NCBI GenBank assembly: GCA_964016885.1
Contig: OZ024750.1
Span: forward strand, 54,064,001 to 54,128,000
Direction of reading: 5' to 3'
DNA length: 64,000 nt
Source of the DNA: Eledone cirrhosa
Lineage: Eukaryota
Part shown: positions 63,235-64,000 of the stretch, one piece after another
How the letters are laid out: every line of letters starts with the position of its first letter
Position numbering within the stretch: the first letter of the stretch is position 1
Position numbers and translations under genes: made by a program
The notes under the pieces: generated by a model
Databases searched by the model: none
What the model was told of the DNA's origin: nothing
The model's input: only the letters and a program-made list of their open reading frames with translations

Positions 63235-64000
63235 ACCTCACTGTGATTTGGCTACATCACACACAGTAATGACCTAACACTGTGTTTTGGCCACATAACA
63301 CTCAGCCGTGACCTAATACTGTCTTTTGGCCACATCACACACAGCAATTACCTAACACTGTGTTTTGGCCGTATCACACTCAGCACTGACACAACACTAT
63401 GTTTTGGTCACATCATACACAGCAGTGACCTAACACTGTTTTGGCCACATATCACTCAGCAGTGACCTAACACTGTGTTTTGGCTACATAACATTCAGCA
63501 GTGACCTAACACTGTGTTCAGGCCACGTAATACACATCAGTGACCTAACACTCTGTTTTGGCCACATCACACACAGCAGTGACCTAACACTGTGTTTTGG
63601 CCACTTAACACTCAGCATTAACCTAAAACTGTGTTTTGGCCACATATCACTTAGCACATAGCACGTAACACTGTGCTTTGGCCACATCAAACTCGGCAGT
63701 GACCTCACACAGTGTTTTGGCCATATCACACTCATCAGTGACCTAAAACTGTGTTTTGACCACATAACACTCAGCAGTGACCTAAAACTGTGTATTGGCC
63801 ACATCACACACAGCAGTGACCTAACACTGTGTTTTGGCCACATAACACTCAGCAGTGACCTAACACTGTGTTTTGGCCACATCACACTCAGTAGTGACAT
63901 AACACTGTGTTTTGGCCACATAACACACAGCAATGACGTAACACTGTGTTTTCCACTTAACACACAGCAGTGACCTAACACTGTGTTTTGGCCACATCAC
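63235..64000. repeat. 39-bp minisatellite, about 20 copies, running off the window end
   Basis: Unit cactgtgttttggccacatcacacacagcagtgacctaa; gives the 13-aa periodic ORF 63484-63981. Confidence 0.95.

Overview
Eukaryotic, AT-rich and almost entirely repetitive DNA with no complete host gene. The repeat content (tRNA-headed SINEs, RTE, R4/Dong-like and CR1-like LINEs, Penelope-like elements, Helitrons, mariner and maT transposons, many microsatellites, degenerate TTAGGG) suggests a mollusc, probably an octopus; this is inference. Main structures: a 7.4 kb 22-bp G/C-skewed minisatellite; three homogeneous minisatellites (56, 67 and 38 bp) whose units are pieces of LINE coding sequence amplified in place; a 3.2 kb degenerate (CCCTAA)n tract next to a DD37D transposon; a near-complete RTE LINE with a Cys-rich finger inside its RT, whose 5' UTR and 3' tail both occur in the local SINE; a Helitron carrying a copy of a neighbouring SINE-LINE junction; and several perfect fold-back palindromes. 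Two candidate host exons lie on the minus strand: a coiled-coil exon ending TAG|GT and a tetraspanin-like exon. The long ORFs in the track are repeat artefacts or transposon remnants. Family names come from recalled motifs, not database searches, and boundaries of decayed elements are approximate.
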